Source: Prorocentrum cordatum
Lineage: Eukaryota
Assembly: GCA_963575745.1 (NCBI GenBank)
Contig: CAUYUJ010000167.1
Span: 62,001-117,299, forward strand
Direction of reading: 5' to 3'
DNA: 55,299 nucleotides
The position numbers were made by a program, and so were the translations under genes. How positions within the stretch are numbered: position 1 is the stretch's first letter; each line of letters starts with the position of its first letter. Positions 21,536 to 34,396 of the stretch are shown piece by piece. The notes under the pieces were generated by a model. It saw nothing but the letters and a program-made list of their open reading frames with translations, was not told the DNA's origin and made no database searches.

Positions 21536-24238
21536 CCGATGCCTTCTTGGACGCTCCAGTTGGTCGTGGACCCCGCCGCCTGGGTCCAGGGGATGGGGCA
21601 GGGGAAGGGGTCAAGACACTCTCCCCGCCCGCAAGCCGTCTCGCTCACTCCCACCCGCCCTCCCTGTACACAAGTAGCACCCGGGCCGCAGCATGTTCAG
21701 CGTTTTTCTTTTGGATCGACAGCTAGTGGGAACCGAAATAGATCCCATAGGCGCGCTCAGGCCGAGGCCAAGGCCGCCAAGGTCGCGTCTGGGCTTCAGA
21801 CTGGGCCGCGAGCCCTGGGGTGAGGTGCACCACGCGTGCCAGGCGCCACGCGCGCTAGGCGCGCCAGGCAGGCACCCCTGGGGCCCAGGCGTGCCAGGCA
21901 TGCCTGGTACGCCAGATGCGCCACGTGCTCCACGTGCGCCATGCGTGCCACATGCTCCAGCCGCGCCAGGTGCGCCACGTTCGGGGCACGCGCAGAGTGT
22001 GCCAGGTGCGTTCTCGCACGTGACAGTACACATCGGGAAATATGTCGGCCCCCACTCCTTGTTGAAAACAGTGCGAACTTGCGGCGGGGTGGCCATTATG
22101 GTGTCTGGCAGGCCTGCGCTCAGCAGGCAATACTCCAGCACCCCCGCCGTCCTTGTCAAAACCAATGCAAAGTGATCGCGGAGTGCCATCGCATGATCCA
22201 GATTTTGCCGCGAAGTGCACTTTCTATGGTTTTTCGACATAGATGGTGGCCTTCTCACAGCAGGCAATCTTCGCCCCCCCTACGTCCCTGTCAAAAAAGA
22301 ATATAAAGTGCTCGCGCCCTACCAGGCATGATCCAAGATTTTGTCGCGAAGTGCAAACCATTTTATTTCTTGACAGGGCCGGTGGGTGGGGGGGGTGGCA
22401 TTGGTCCTGGTTGGCTGCCGGTCGCTTGGGAGAGGGGGTGTTCTTTAACACAGGAAAATGTGATCAATGCTTCCCCGAAGGGAAAGAAGGGGAAGATGGA
22501 AGAGGAAACGCTCTAAACCACTCACGCCCACAGGGCTGATAGGATTTACATCGTCGGAGATCTGGGCAAGGGTCTTGCATCCTGATCCCGTACCCTTTGA
22601 TCTGGACGTATTGTATGCTCGGGTTTTGGATTGGGCAGGCTCCCCAAGCTGGGACTGGCTGTGGGTTGCTGAGGTGGCCTAGCAGAGGTTTCGGCCAGTA
22701 GAAAAGTTGGGATAAAGGGGCCTCCTCGTGGCCACGGCTGGACGTGGATGGAAGCAATTGTCAGTTTCGACCCTGGGAAAGGTTCGGGGACCGCTTTTGA
22801 GAGGATTTGCCGGCGTCCTTCCCGCTTGACAGATTTTCTTGCGGCCCCTCCAGTGCAGACCCGCTCAAAGCGACAAAGCTCTAATAGGACCCAATTCTTT
22901 TTTCAAAAGTCGTGCAGAAGTCCACAGTGTCAAACCCTGGTTGGCCCCAAGCTCGCAGCAGCGACCCCCAGTGGGCTCCCCAGATGCACCAAGGTGAGTG
23001 TGTTGTAGCGTTTTCGGCTACCATTCGGCTTGTTCATCGACTTTGAGGGCTATGCCTCGGGCACGTTCCTCTGCAGGAGGAAAATTGAAACTTTCACAAT
23101 TGTCTGGGGATGCCTTTGCTATGTTTTTCTTGTGTGTTGATAATTTCCCAATATCTTTTCACTATTTTAATATTTTCTTCCAAAGTCTGTCTGTAGGAGG
23201 ACATGCCCGACCTGAGGCTATGTTGAGGCCACTTCGGGGCTCAAGATTGGCAACACGCGTTTTTTTGTGCGAGAGAGACGCTGCGTCTGCGCGTGCGCTT
23301 CTCCGCGACCGCTCCATACGCCTTGTCGGCGTCACCCCAACCTACTAATACTATGTGTGCTTCGTCCCCTCCAGGGGCGACCCGCGCACCGAGAAATCTT
23401 AGAGTATATGCGTCGTGGCGGGCGCTTTCTGGCCACGCCGCTCGGGAAACGATATGCTTCAAGACTTGTGTATCATATGTTTGGGTCGGACGCGCGCCTC
23501 CAAGGAGGACATGTAGTACTAGTATGTCTCCGTTCGTATCATTGCTGTGCCCGGGGAAGCTTTCCATCGTAGGGGGTAGGGGAGAGCGCGGCGCACCTCT
23601 TTTCTCTTGCCGAATAGCCGTGGTCTGAAGAGCGAGGGGGTCAATGTTTTTCGGGAAGAGCCTGGGCTGAGCGTCCATAGCACCTTCTATGAGTGGTCGC
23701 TGCCACGGGGCGATAGATAGCTGCTGTTCGTTACACGGATCTCTTCTGCCCTGGCCGCGGGCATGCAGAGAAGATTTCACCGAAGTTGACCACTGGGAGC
23801 AAGATCCGATCGCATCCCTTGCGGGGACCCAGGGTTCTCGAAGGGCGGGGCTAGGGTTAAGTCGGGCCTGTCCCTCTACAGGGGGAAATGTTAAAGAATA
23901 GTCAAACAATAGTCTGGGGAATCTTTTTCCGCCAATTTTTGTCAATTGTTTTTTTTTTTTTTTTGTGTGTGTGTTTTTTTTTTTTTTTTTTAATTTTTGT
24001 TTTTCCTCCAAAGCCCGCCTGCAGGGGGACATGCCCGACCTAAGGCCAGGACCGGGGCAAGTCGTGCCAGAGGGTTCTGGAACGCCCTCCGAGCATCCCG
24101 GAGCGCTCCAGAACGGCTGGCGCCCGATGCATCCTCCAGAACCGCCAGATCTCAGAGATACCAGCCTTATCCTTGTCTGATTTCGTCCCAGTTCTTGCTT
24201 CGTCTTATCATAAAGCCTGGACCACTACATTCAGTGAG
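21536..24238 (+). CDS. gene 2 (hypothetical protein), 5' exon cluster: 21536-21583, 21761-21781, 22027-22100, 22560-22673, 22718-22781, 22833-22887, 22918-22993, ~23246-23272, 23375-23488, ~23769-23832, ~24149-24238
   Basis: Unique-sequence islands between repeats, bounded by AG and GT/GC/GA. 22560-23488 joins in phase: IWARVLHPDPVPFDLDVLYARVLDWAGSPSWDWLWVAE-GPPRGHGWTWMEAIVSFDPGK-...LPRCTK-IGNTRFFVR-GRPAHREILEYMRRGGRFLATPLGKRYASRLVYHMFG. Some other joins are unresolved. No family recognised. Confidence 0.6.
23055..23212 (+). mobile_element. family A copy 9
   Basis: Both TIRs. Flanks tgagggctatg / tgaggctatg. Confidence 0.85.
23860..24040 (+). mobile_element. family A copy 10
   Basis: ta|agtcgggcctgtccctctacagg ... 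cctgcagggggacatgcccgacc|ta. Confidence 0.9.
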
Positions 24239-24864
24239 GAGTCGTGTCCGTGCTGATCCAATAGTCGTTTGCAGCAACAGCTACTGGAGCCCCACGCGAC
24301 GGCTCTGAGCGTGAAGTCCACTGCAACCGTGTTGACTCCGCAGTTGTAATCTGCATCACGTGAGCTGTTCGTGTACGTGAGCTGCGCCCACTGCAGCGTC
24401 CATTCCAATCCAATCGATCATATTCGACAACGATTCCGGCCGGCCCGATCTGATGCGATTCCGACATGCTGTCGATGCGCTGCGGCCCGGTGTTCGCATT
24501 GTGTCGATGTGCATCCGTCGCGCAGCCAGCAGCCAGTCCGACTCGATTTCGTTTCCGTGCCGATGCAGCCCGATCTGGCGCACGGTTCGATTCAATTTGA
24601 CTTGCCGATACGACGATGCTGATTGATCCAGTCACCGCCGTGGCCTCAGGCTATGCCACACAGAAGCCTTTTCTGTTTATGTAAACTTTTGGGGGCTCTC
24701 CCGCGCGAGACTTTCTGCTTCGGAACAGAGTAGATTGATGTTATAGGGAGTTTATACAAACTTTTTTCGCCTGGTGCCCAAACTTTGTTTTTGGGGTGGA
24801 TCTAAACTTTTCGATGCGCGCCCGTGCGGGGCGGGCACCGGGCGCCGCGCGGGGCTCTTGCCAG

Positions 24865-27800
24865 CGCCGCCAAGGGCCGACGTGCCCATTGGTTTTTGCC
24901 CTGGCACGAGCGCGCGAATGTCCACAATGGTTTTGGGCATTGACCGTGTGCCAGCACAAGGAAACGCCAAGTTCGAATGCCAATGAGCATGGCAGCACCG
25001 CGCCGTTCGCATTGAATGTCGCGGCGTTGTCGTTGGCTAGCCGTCGAGCAGTTTCCGGTCTCAGTTCGCGCGTCGTTTGACGGTCCCATTGGTCTAAAGT
25101 TCCTCATGTGGGGGGCGGGGGGCGTCTTTCATTCGTTCAGATTCCGCTGCATTGCTAATGCATAGATGACGCGGGTCGATGTGGAGCCCGATAGCGTCCA
25201 CGCTGGCGTCGCCGATGCATCGCCGACGCCCCCGATGCATCGTCGCCGACGCATCGCCGACGTGTCGGCGATACAACGGTTTCTCCGATTGGATTCGATT
25301 TCGGTGGCCTCCGATTCCGATTCGATTCGACTTCATATTTCGATTTGGATGCTGATTCCTCGGTAGGGGCCCTATAGCTTGCCGATCTCTACCGATTCGA
25401 CTTCTCCCGACTCGGCGGCCCATTTTCGCCGATCCGATGGATTTCGATCGCCGATCCGACCTGTCGATTCGATTCTGGGCTCTCCGGCCCCATCCATTCG
25501 GACCCTATCTAGGATGCCTCTCTCTCTATATATTCCTGGGGCCCGTCGGGGGCAGCTTGGGAGCTTGACGCCAACACCAGTATCGGCGGCGTGCCTCCAC
25601 CGAGGGGAGAAGATTCCGATCCCGGCGATGGTAGTAATATTCTGGCTTCCAAGGTGATCGAAAGATTACCACCATTGCCGAAATGTATGATCATGTTCTC
25701 CCTGCGGAGGCAACCCCCTGTGCTGGTGTTGGTGCCCATTCCCAGGCCTCCAAAGCTTGGGGTCCCCGGGGCCATCGCCGGGCCGTCCAGGGGACGAGGT
25801 CGGGACCTGCCCTGGCGCCCGCCTCGGCGGCTTCCCTGGGCTCATCCTGGCTGAGGTGCCCCAGGGAGGGCCGCACCTTCGAGCCTCGAAGGGGCTGGCG
25901 TCGCTTCCTCGGGGTATAATGGTATACATTATATATGTCGGGCACGTCTCTCTACAGGAAGAATACTCCCAAATAGTGAGAACAATCGTATGGGGACGAT
26001 TTTTTTTGTTCCTGAGCATTTTTTCAAAATGATGTTATTAATCGTCCAAAATCCCCCTGTACGGGAACACGCCCGACTTACGCTTGGCGTCTCTTCCTCG
26101 GGGTAAGATTCAGGACTTTGCCTCTCCACGCGCCCGCGCTGCAGGGCAGCCGATCTCCATTTTTTAGATTGCGCCCGGCATCAGTAGAGACCGAAGCCCG
26201 CCACGAAGCTTCCACGGACCGATTGGGGAGCAGTGATGAAAAAAGGAAGGGCAGCGGAAGCCCGCAAAAGTCACACGATGCCGCCTCCGCCGGCGGAAGG
26301 CAAGCGGAAACCGGCGGAAGTGAACGATGCGCGCTTTGGGCGTCGCGCAATGGGGGGGCGATCAATAAGAGGGGGCAGCGAGGGCTGCAGAACAGACCCC
26401 CTTGGGCTGCGGAAAAGACCCCCATTGAGGGCCCCTGAGGGGGCCCTTTCGGGCCCAAAAGGGGGCATTGAGGGCCCAAGACGTGCACCTTTCTCCCCCC
26501 CTTTTTATTGTCCCCCCCGTTACGTGACGCCCACACCCCCAAGAGGTGGCACCATTTTTGGGTTCAGGGTTCCCAGATTGGGCCATGTGGGCGTGTTTGG
26601 GCCATTGTGTGTGATCCCAGCATTCTGAGAGGCCGCCCAGGGCCCATGGCAATATTTTCGGGACTCCGGGATCCCCCTTGCAACTATCTTGAGAGCACCC
26701 CAGGGGCAACACTTGGGACGGGCAAGCGCGTCTGCTCCATGCCTTCGTCACCGCCTTCGTGCAGCTTAGAGCTTCCCCGGGCCACCCTGGAGGTATGTTT
26801 GTTCGAGGAAGAAAGCGCTATAAACATAAACTTTCTGGCGCTCCGAGTCGACTTCTTGCATCCGCGCTGGCCCCCCCGGTGGCGCCTCCGGCCCAGCCCC
26901 TGGCGCGCTCCGCTCGCCAGGGAGGGAGGTCCAGCGCGGATCCAAGAAATCCGCGCGGAGCGCCAACAGTTTATGTTTATGCTGTTTTTCCTTCTTCTGC
27001 CAAGGGGGCCGGCTGATATTTGTGCTCAGAGTGGCATGGCGTTCGTGGCCCGCTGCATGTCCGCGCGCGCACGGCTGCAAAGCCATGGCCCTTCGCGGGG
27101 AAGGCCTGCACGATGGTCTTAGTTTGCACGATGGTCGTGGCAGAGTAGCATCGGATTGTCGAAGATCTGGCTCCCCAGAGGGCTCGCGGGAGCTCCCAGT
27201 CCCCAGTGGTCCAGGGACTCCGGAGGTGCCCTGGGGACTCCGGAGGGCCCCAATTAGCACAAAATAGTCTGGGGACGATTTTTCTACCATCAAAAAAGAT
27301 ACCTTAGGGTATTTTTGTCCGATTCTTATTTTTCGTCCCAAATCCACCTGCAGGAGGACAGGCCCGACCTGATGGTAAGGCCTCGGTGGCATGGCGTTCG
27401 TGGCCCGCCACATGTCCGCGCGAGCACCCCTGCGCGGCCCTCGGCCCCTCGTGCTGCGAGGCACCGGCGCCAGCCGGAGTCCTGCCGTCCTGTGAGCAGG
27501 GCCCTCCCCCCTGAGCTGGGACACTGCCAGCTGTCCCTCTACAGTCGGGCACGTCCCTCCGCAGGCAGAGTTTTCAGAAACAGTCAGCACCAGCAGCATG
27601 TGGGCGATTGTTCGATCATGTATTTGTCGTTTTCCATATATTTTAGCATTTTTTTTTTCTTCTACTTCCAGAATCCGCCTGTCGGAGGACATGTCCGACC
27701 CAATCCTGCCACCCTGTGAGGAAGGCCCCCCTAAGCTGGCGCACTGCCAACTGTTAAGGCTTCGGGTTGCGCACCGCCAGCTCCCCCCCGGTAGCCCCAG

Positions 27801-28288
27801 CTGACCTCAGCGGGCCCTCCCGAGAGGCCCGGGGCGGTCTCAAAACTCTGGCGCCGCCTCCGGTGGCGCCACTGGGGCGCTCCGCATCCCAGTGTTGAGG
27901 TGGTTGAGACCGTTCAGATTGCTTGGGGGCCTTTTGAGGCCAGCTGGAGCCACTCGAGGGGCCTATTGAGTTCAGCCGTGACTGCCTGGGGGGGCTGTCT
28001 GTGCGCAACCCGAAGCCTTACCATTGCCAGCCAGGACTTCAAATATTCCACCTGGGCGACGCAGAAAAACGGGTTCGACTGCGCGGACATTCGCGCGCAA
28101 GTTTCCCGCGTAAGGTCACGCGTAAGTGCCCCCTTCTCCACGCGGTGTGCCGCGCTTGGCGCCCCGCGCAAGCCCCATTGCGTACGGTCGCCATGGCATC
28201 TTGCGCAAGACCTTTGGCCTTGCTCGTCGCCCACCTGGAGAGGCCGAAGAACGGCGAAGGCCTCTACCCCCTGCTGCAGATGCCTCGG
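24865..28288 (+). CDS. gene 2 exon chain: 24865-24960, 25041-25114, 25799-25855, 25892-25921, 26114-~26145, ~26168-26245, 26704-26792, 27104-27169, 27461-27491, 28031-28114, 28210-28288
   Basis: Phase-consistent splicing, e.g. GNTWDGQARLLHAFVTAFVQLRASPGHPG-GLHDGLSLHDGRG...-QDFKYSTWATQKNGFDCADIRAQVSRV-RPLALLVAHLERPKNGEGLYPLLQMPR. The last exons have strongly G/C-ending codons. The 26114-26245 boundaries are uncertain. Confidence 0.65.
25936..26078 (+). mobile_element. family A copy 11
   Basis: Both TIRs with TA flanks, lying inside a 25-bp duplication. Confidence 0.9.
26808..26994. mobile_element. family Q TIR element; relatives at ~28690-28800 and ~51660-52036
   Basis: ataaacataaactttctggcgctccg / cggagcgccaacagtttatgtttat. 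Confidence 0.75.
27259..27369 (+). mobile_element. family A copy 12 (5' truncated)
   Basis: Interior motif and right TIR. Confidence 0.8.
27543..27700 (+). mobile_element. family A copy 13
   Basis: Both TIRs, followed by a ~50-bp copy of the upstream flank. Confidence 0.85.
27755..28020. mobile_element. family C TIR element; shorter copy at 15277-15392
   Basis: taaggcttcgggttgcgcac / gtgcgcaacccgaagcctta, a perfect 20-bp inverted repeat. Confidence 0.85.
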
Positions 28289-28989
28289 GCCCGCCAGGAT
28301 CTGGAGGAGGAGGAGGAGCAGGAGGATGAGGAGGAGGAGGAGGAGGAGGAGCAGGAGGATGAGGAGGAGGAGGGGAACTATCAACGTCCCCGTGTGAGGG
28401 GCCCGTTTTGAGAGCAGTGGCCTTCGCCGCCCCTTGCGCCCCGCCGCACGCGCGCGCCGCGAGGTCCCGCGCGGGAGGAGAGAGGAGGAGGACTCCCGCG
28501 GCCGCCCCGTATCGGAGGCGAGGCAGTGCAGCGAGAGGAGGATTACATGTTATATGTTTCTCCTCCTCCTCCTCCTCCTCCTCCTCCTCTCGCTTCCCTT
28601 CTTCCTTGCGTGGGTGTTTGTCCTTCGAGGGTAGCGGTGGCAGTATGTGCTACATCTACCGCCACCGCTACCCTCGAGGGACAGACACCTTCGCAAACAT
28701 ACATGTTCGGAGCTGCGCGCGGATCTCTCGGATCGGCGCTGGGCCCCCCCTGGCGGCGCCTCCAGCGCCGATCCGAGAAATCCGTGCGGAGCTCCCAACA
28801 CGTGGAGGAGTAGTCAGAGGAGGCAAAGGTGATCGTTGCCGCTACCCTTCCCTCGTCGCCACGGCTGGATTCGCCTCGAAGTCTCGGCAGTCCCGCCGCG
28901 GTGCCAGTCCAGCATTCTGGGTGGCGACCGTTCGAGGGGACACGGGAAACCGTCACGTGTTGTTCCTCGTGTTTCCATGCACGGGAGAG

Positions 28990-29072
28990 TCGTGATGAGG
29001 ATGATGCGAAGTATGAGGATGATGGGGCCATTACGACGATGATGTTGTTGATGATGATGGGGCCATTACGAC

Positions 29073-29125
<53 letters not shown>

Positions 29126-29678
29126 CGATGATGTTGTTGATAATGATGATGATGATGATGGTGGTGATGATGATGTTTACGATGATGTTGATGCTGATGC
29201 CGATGATGATGATTTTGTTGTTGATGATGTTGCTAATGATGATGATGGCGATGTTGATGATTGTGATGATGATGACGATGAAGCTGCTGCTGATGATGGA
29301 TGATGGTGATGGTGATGGTGATGGTGATGATGGTGGTGGTGGTGATGCTGATGGTGATGACGCCGATGACAACAATGACGATTCCGATGCCGATAATTGA
29401 TGCCGATGGTGATGCTGATAATTCAGACGAAGATCAGGACGATTACGATGCTGCTGCTGCTGATGATGAATCTGATGCTGATGATGATCATGACGATGCT
29501 GATGATGATGCGCTGACGACAACGGCGATGATGATAATGATGATGATGATGATGCTGATATTGATTATGATGCTGATGCTGATGCTGCTATTGCTGATGA
29601 TGATGGCAATATCGATGACGATCGCGTTGAGGATCATGATGGTGATGATGATGCCGATGCCGCTGATGCTGATGCCGC

Positions 29679-29722
<44 letters not shown>

Positions 29723-30381
29723 CTGGTGGTGGTGGTGGTGATAGTAATGACAATGTTGCTGGCGGTGGTTGTCGTGGTGGTGGTGGTGATCACGATGAGG
29801 GTGATGGTGGTGGTGGTGCTGGCGGTGGTGGTGGCGGTGATGATGATGATGATGCTTGTGATTCTGGTGGTGTTGTTAATGATGATAATGCTGATGCTGA
29901 TGCTGATGGTGATGATGAAGCTGATGATGACGATGCTGATGCTGACGATGATGCTGATGATGATTATGGTTATGATGATGGTGGTGGTGGTGGTGATGAT
30001 ATTGATGATGCTGATGATCATGACGATAATGATGACGAGGACTAGGACGAGGATGAAGTGAAGGAGGAGGAGCAGGAAGATGAGGCTGGTTTTGGTGGTG
30101 GCGGTGGGCGCGGCGGCGGTGATGATGGTGATGTTGATGACGATGCTGATGTTGAGGATACTGATTATGCTGATGATGTTGCTGCTGATGATGATGCTTA
30201 TGATGACGATGATGCTGATGATGCTGATGCTGCTGCTGATGCTGATGTCGATGATGCTGATGCTGTTGTTGATGACGTTGATGATGATGCTGATGCTGAT
30301 TCTGCTGATGATGATTCTGATGCTGATGATGCTGATGACGATGATGCTGATGATGATGATGCTGTTGATAATGATAATGAC

Positions 30382-30412
<31 letters not shown>

Positions 30413-30420
30413 ATGATGAC

Positions 30421-30456
<36 letters not shown>

Positions 30457-30523
30457 AATGCTGACGACGACGGCGACGACGACGACGATGCGGAGGAGGA
30501 GGAGGATGATGATGATGATGACG

Positions 30524-30562
<39 letters not shown>

Positions 30563-30745
30563 CTGCTGCTGATGCTGATGCTGATGCTGATGCTGATTGC
30601 TGATGCTGCTCCTCATGATGATGCTGCTGATGCTTGTATGATGATCTGATGATGTGATTGATGAGTGACGAGATGATATGATGATGATGATGATGATGCT
30701 GATCGATGATGATGATGATGATGATGATGATGGATTATGAGATGC

Positions 30746-30780
<35 letters not shown>

Positions 30781-30787
30781 CTGATGC

Positions 30788-30821
<34 letters not shown>

Positions 30822-30861
30822 ATGATGATGATGATGCTGATGCTGATATGATGATGATGAC

Positions 30862-30934
<73 letters not shown>

Positions 30935-30988
30935 CTGATGCTGATGCTGATGATGGTGGTGGTGGTGGTGGTGCTGCTGCTGCTGATG

Positions 30989-31060
<72 letters not shown>

Positions 31061-31075
31061 CTGTTGATGATGCTG
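28990..31075. repeat. (GAT/GCT/GGT)n microsatellite; similar tracts at 32324-32750 and 42330-43610
   Basis: Direct inspection. Confidence 0.95.
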
Positions 31076-32037
31076 GAGCTCGTTTGGGCAGTCTTGAGGC
31101 TTTCTTGGCCTCCTGTGAGGCAGTCTTGCGGGTCTCCTAGGGCCCTCTTGGGCCGTCTTGGGGCCCTCTTGCGCTGGCTTGGGGCTCTCTTGGGCCGTCT
31201 TGGGGCCCTCTTGGCCGCGTAGTGGGTGTGCGGGGGCCGTCTTGGCGCCGTCTTGGCGCCGTCTTGGGCAGTCGAAGGGCTTTCTAAGGCCGTCTTGGGT
31301 CCCACGGGAAGCCCTCTTGGGCCGTCTTAGGGCCGTTTTAATCCCTCGTAAGTCATCGTGAAGTCTTCTTGGGCCGTCTTGAGCTGACGGCAGCCCGAAA
31401 AGGCGAGAGTGCTAGAATCATTTAAACAGGGAAATCAATGATTCTGGCTTCTTCGGACATGTTGGAGGTCCTCTTGGGGCCATTATGGGTCCTCTTGGAG
31501 GCATCTTGGGTCGTCTGCGATCAATATTCGGCCATCTTGGGGCATCTTGGTGTCTTGGGCCGTCTTCGAGGCATCTTGGGACATCTTGGTGTCCTTGGTT
31601 GCATGCACGGGCCATCTTGGAAGCTCGGGACGCAGATCCATCGTTTTAAAGGGTGGATCGTGGCTTGGGAAGCCCTGGAGTGCCTGGGAGCAGCGCGGGA
31701 ATGCGGGAAGTGCACGATCCTTGGGCGGCTGCGCGCGGTATGAGGGGTCTGGGAGCTAACAGCCATGTGGGACGTGCACAATCCTCGAGCGGACGTGAAC
31801 AGCCATGCGGGAAGCGCACTATCCTCGAGAGGGCACGCGTGTCATGGGGGACTGAGCATCAGCGGCCATGCTGGGAGTGCACCATCCTCGAGCGGTCACG
31901 AGGGAAGTGGCCTCGGCAACGGGGGTCGATGCATGCAGCAGTCTGCGTCGAGGGGGGGCTCCCTTGCCAGAGTGCAACAAACAACCATGCCAGGCAGCCC
32001 TTGGCATGTGGCGGGCCTTTTTTGCTTTCTGTCGGAG

Positions 32038-32365
32038 CAGAAGGCCGAGGATGCAGATGCAGATGTGGTGACGACGAGTATGACTGGCAGTCTTGGGGGG
32101 GGGGGCTACGGTGAGGATGGTGATCCCGATGGCAAGTGAGATTGATGCGATGATGCGAACTGGAAGTGAGCGTTGCCGGGAGTGCGCCCGCGGTTCCTCG
32201 CGTGCGCGTCGCGGGTGGGTGGGGGGTGAGGGGGTGTACTGTGCGTGTTGCAGGAACGCGTCTCAAGCTCAAGTGGGGAATGCGGCTTCCCGAACGCATG
32301 CCCTGATGCGTTGCCTCTCATACATGATGATGATGATGCTGATGATGATGATGATGATGAGGATG

Positions 32366-32405
<40 letters not shown>

Positions 32406-33648
32406 GGATGAGGATGAGGATGATGATGCTGATGATGATGATGATGATGCTGATGATGATGATGATGCCGCTGCTGATGCTGATGCTGATGCTGATGCGG
32501 ATGCTGATTATGATGCTGATGCTGTTGTTGATGACGTTGATGATGATGATGCTGATGCTGATGCTGATGCTGATGCTGATGCTGATGCTGTTGATGATGC
32601 TGATTGTGATGATGCTGATGATGGTGATGCTGATGTTGATGCTGATGCTGATGCTGATGCTGATGCTGTTGTTGATGATGCTGATGCTGATGATGCTAAT
32701 GGTTGCTGGTGCTGATGATGATACTGATGATGCTGATGGTGATGGTTGCTGGTGCTGTGCCGCTGCGCGCCTGGGCACCCAGCTCCGCACGCCCAACGCC
32801 CGCCAGCGAACCGTCGAGAAGCACACCGCGTGGCGACCCTTCGACCGCCGCCCAGACGGCACTCACACGCGACATGTCGTCGTCGCCTTTCCTCGAGGAG
32901 CTTGCAGTGGCGTGTTTGAGCCGTCTTGGTCGGTATCGTTTAACCGATCCCCACCCCCATCCCCATCCCCTTCGAGACCCCCACCAAACTACTTCCCCAG
33001 TCGGGGATACACCCCTCGAGACCCGAAGGGAACGGCCTATATCCCCATCTCGGGGGGGTAAATCGGCCTGTGGTGCCCAGGCCACGCCGCTGGAGATGGG
33101 GATCGGTTAAACGATACTCATTCGAGGTTCCCTGTGGGCCCTCGGTCGTCTTTTGGCCCTCGTGGGCCGTCTCGGGGCCTTTGAGGCCGTCTTGGGGCCG
33201 TTCCGGCAGTCTGGGGGGTATCTTGGGGCCGCGCTGGGGCCTTGATCGACAGTGTCGGGTTCCTCCAGGGGTCTCTCAGGCCAGCTTGGAGCTCCCTTCA
33301 GGCTCTCTTGGACTGTCTAGGGGCCCTGTTGGGGCTCTCAGTGGGCCCTTTCAGGGCCCTCGATGACCAGAAGTGGATCGATAGTCGACGGAAGAGCGTG
33401 GAAAGCAGAAACGATGGAACAACCTCAGGCACATCGATGGTCTCGGTTGCTCGAGGCCGTCCTGGAGAGCGTCTTGGGGGTGCGTTGGAGCCCCTTCGAG
33501 GCCTCTTGGGTGCTCTTTGATCAAAAGCTGGGCCGCCTTGGTGGCCGTCTCGGCCGTCCTGGAGATCTCGGCGAGCGCAGGAGAGAGCCCCAGGGAGACG
33601 TCCGTGCCGCCCACGGCGCCTTTTGCAGGCATGGCCGATGCACGCAAG

Positions 33649-33688
<40 letters not shown>

Positions 33689-34239
33689 CGTGTGTGCGTG
33701 TATACGTGTGTGCGTGTGTGCGTGCGTGCGTGTGTATATATATATATATGCATATGTATATATATATATATATATTATGTGTGTGTTTGGTGCGCGTGCG
33801 CTTGCGCGTGCATGCGTGCGTGCGTGCGTGGGTGAGAGAGAGTGTGAGTGTGTGTTGCCCCGAATGGTCACATGCTGGAGCGGACCGCCTCTGCCTCGCC
33901 GACGAAGATGAACAGTTAGTGTGTGTGTGTGTGTGCGTGTGTGCGTGTGTGCGTGTGTGCGTGTGTGCGTGTGTGCGTGTGTGCGTGTGTGCGTGTGTGC
34001 GTGTGTGCGTGTGTGCGTGAGTGCGTGTGTGCGCGTGTGCGTGCGTGCGTGTGTGCGTGTGTGCGTGTGTGCGTGTGTGCGTGTGTGCGTGTGTGAGTGT
34101 GTGCGTGTGTGCGTGTGTGCGTGTGTGCGTGTGTGCGTGTGTGCGTGTGTGCGTTTGTGTGTGTGCGCGTGTGTGTGTGTGTGTGTGTGTGTGTTTGTGT
34201 TTGTGTGTGTGTGTTTGTGTGTGTGTGTTTGTGTGTGTT

Positions 34240-34272
<33 letters not shown>

Positions 34273-34276
34273 TTGT

Positions 34277-34337
<61 letters not shown>

Positions 34338-34365
34338 TGTGTTTGTGTGGCTGTGTGTGTGTTTG

Positions 34366-34396
<31 letters not shown>

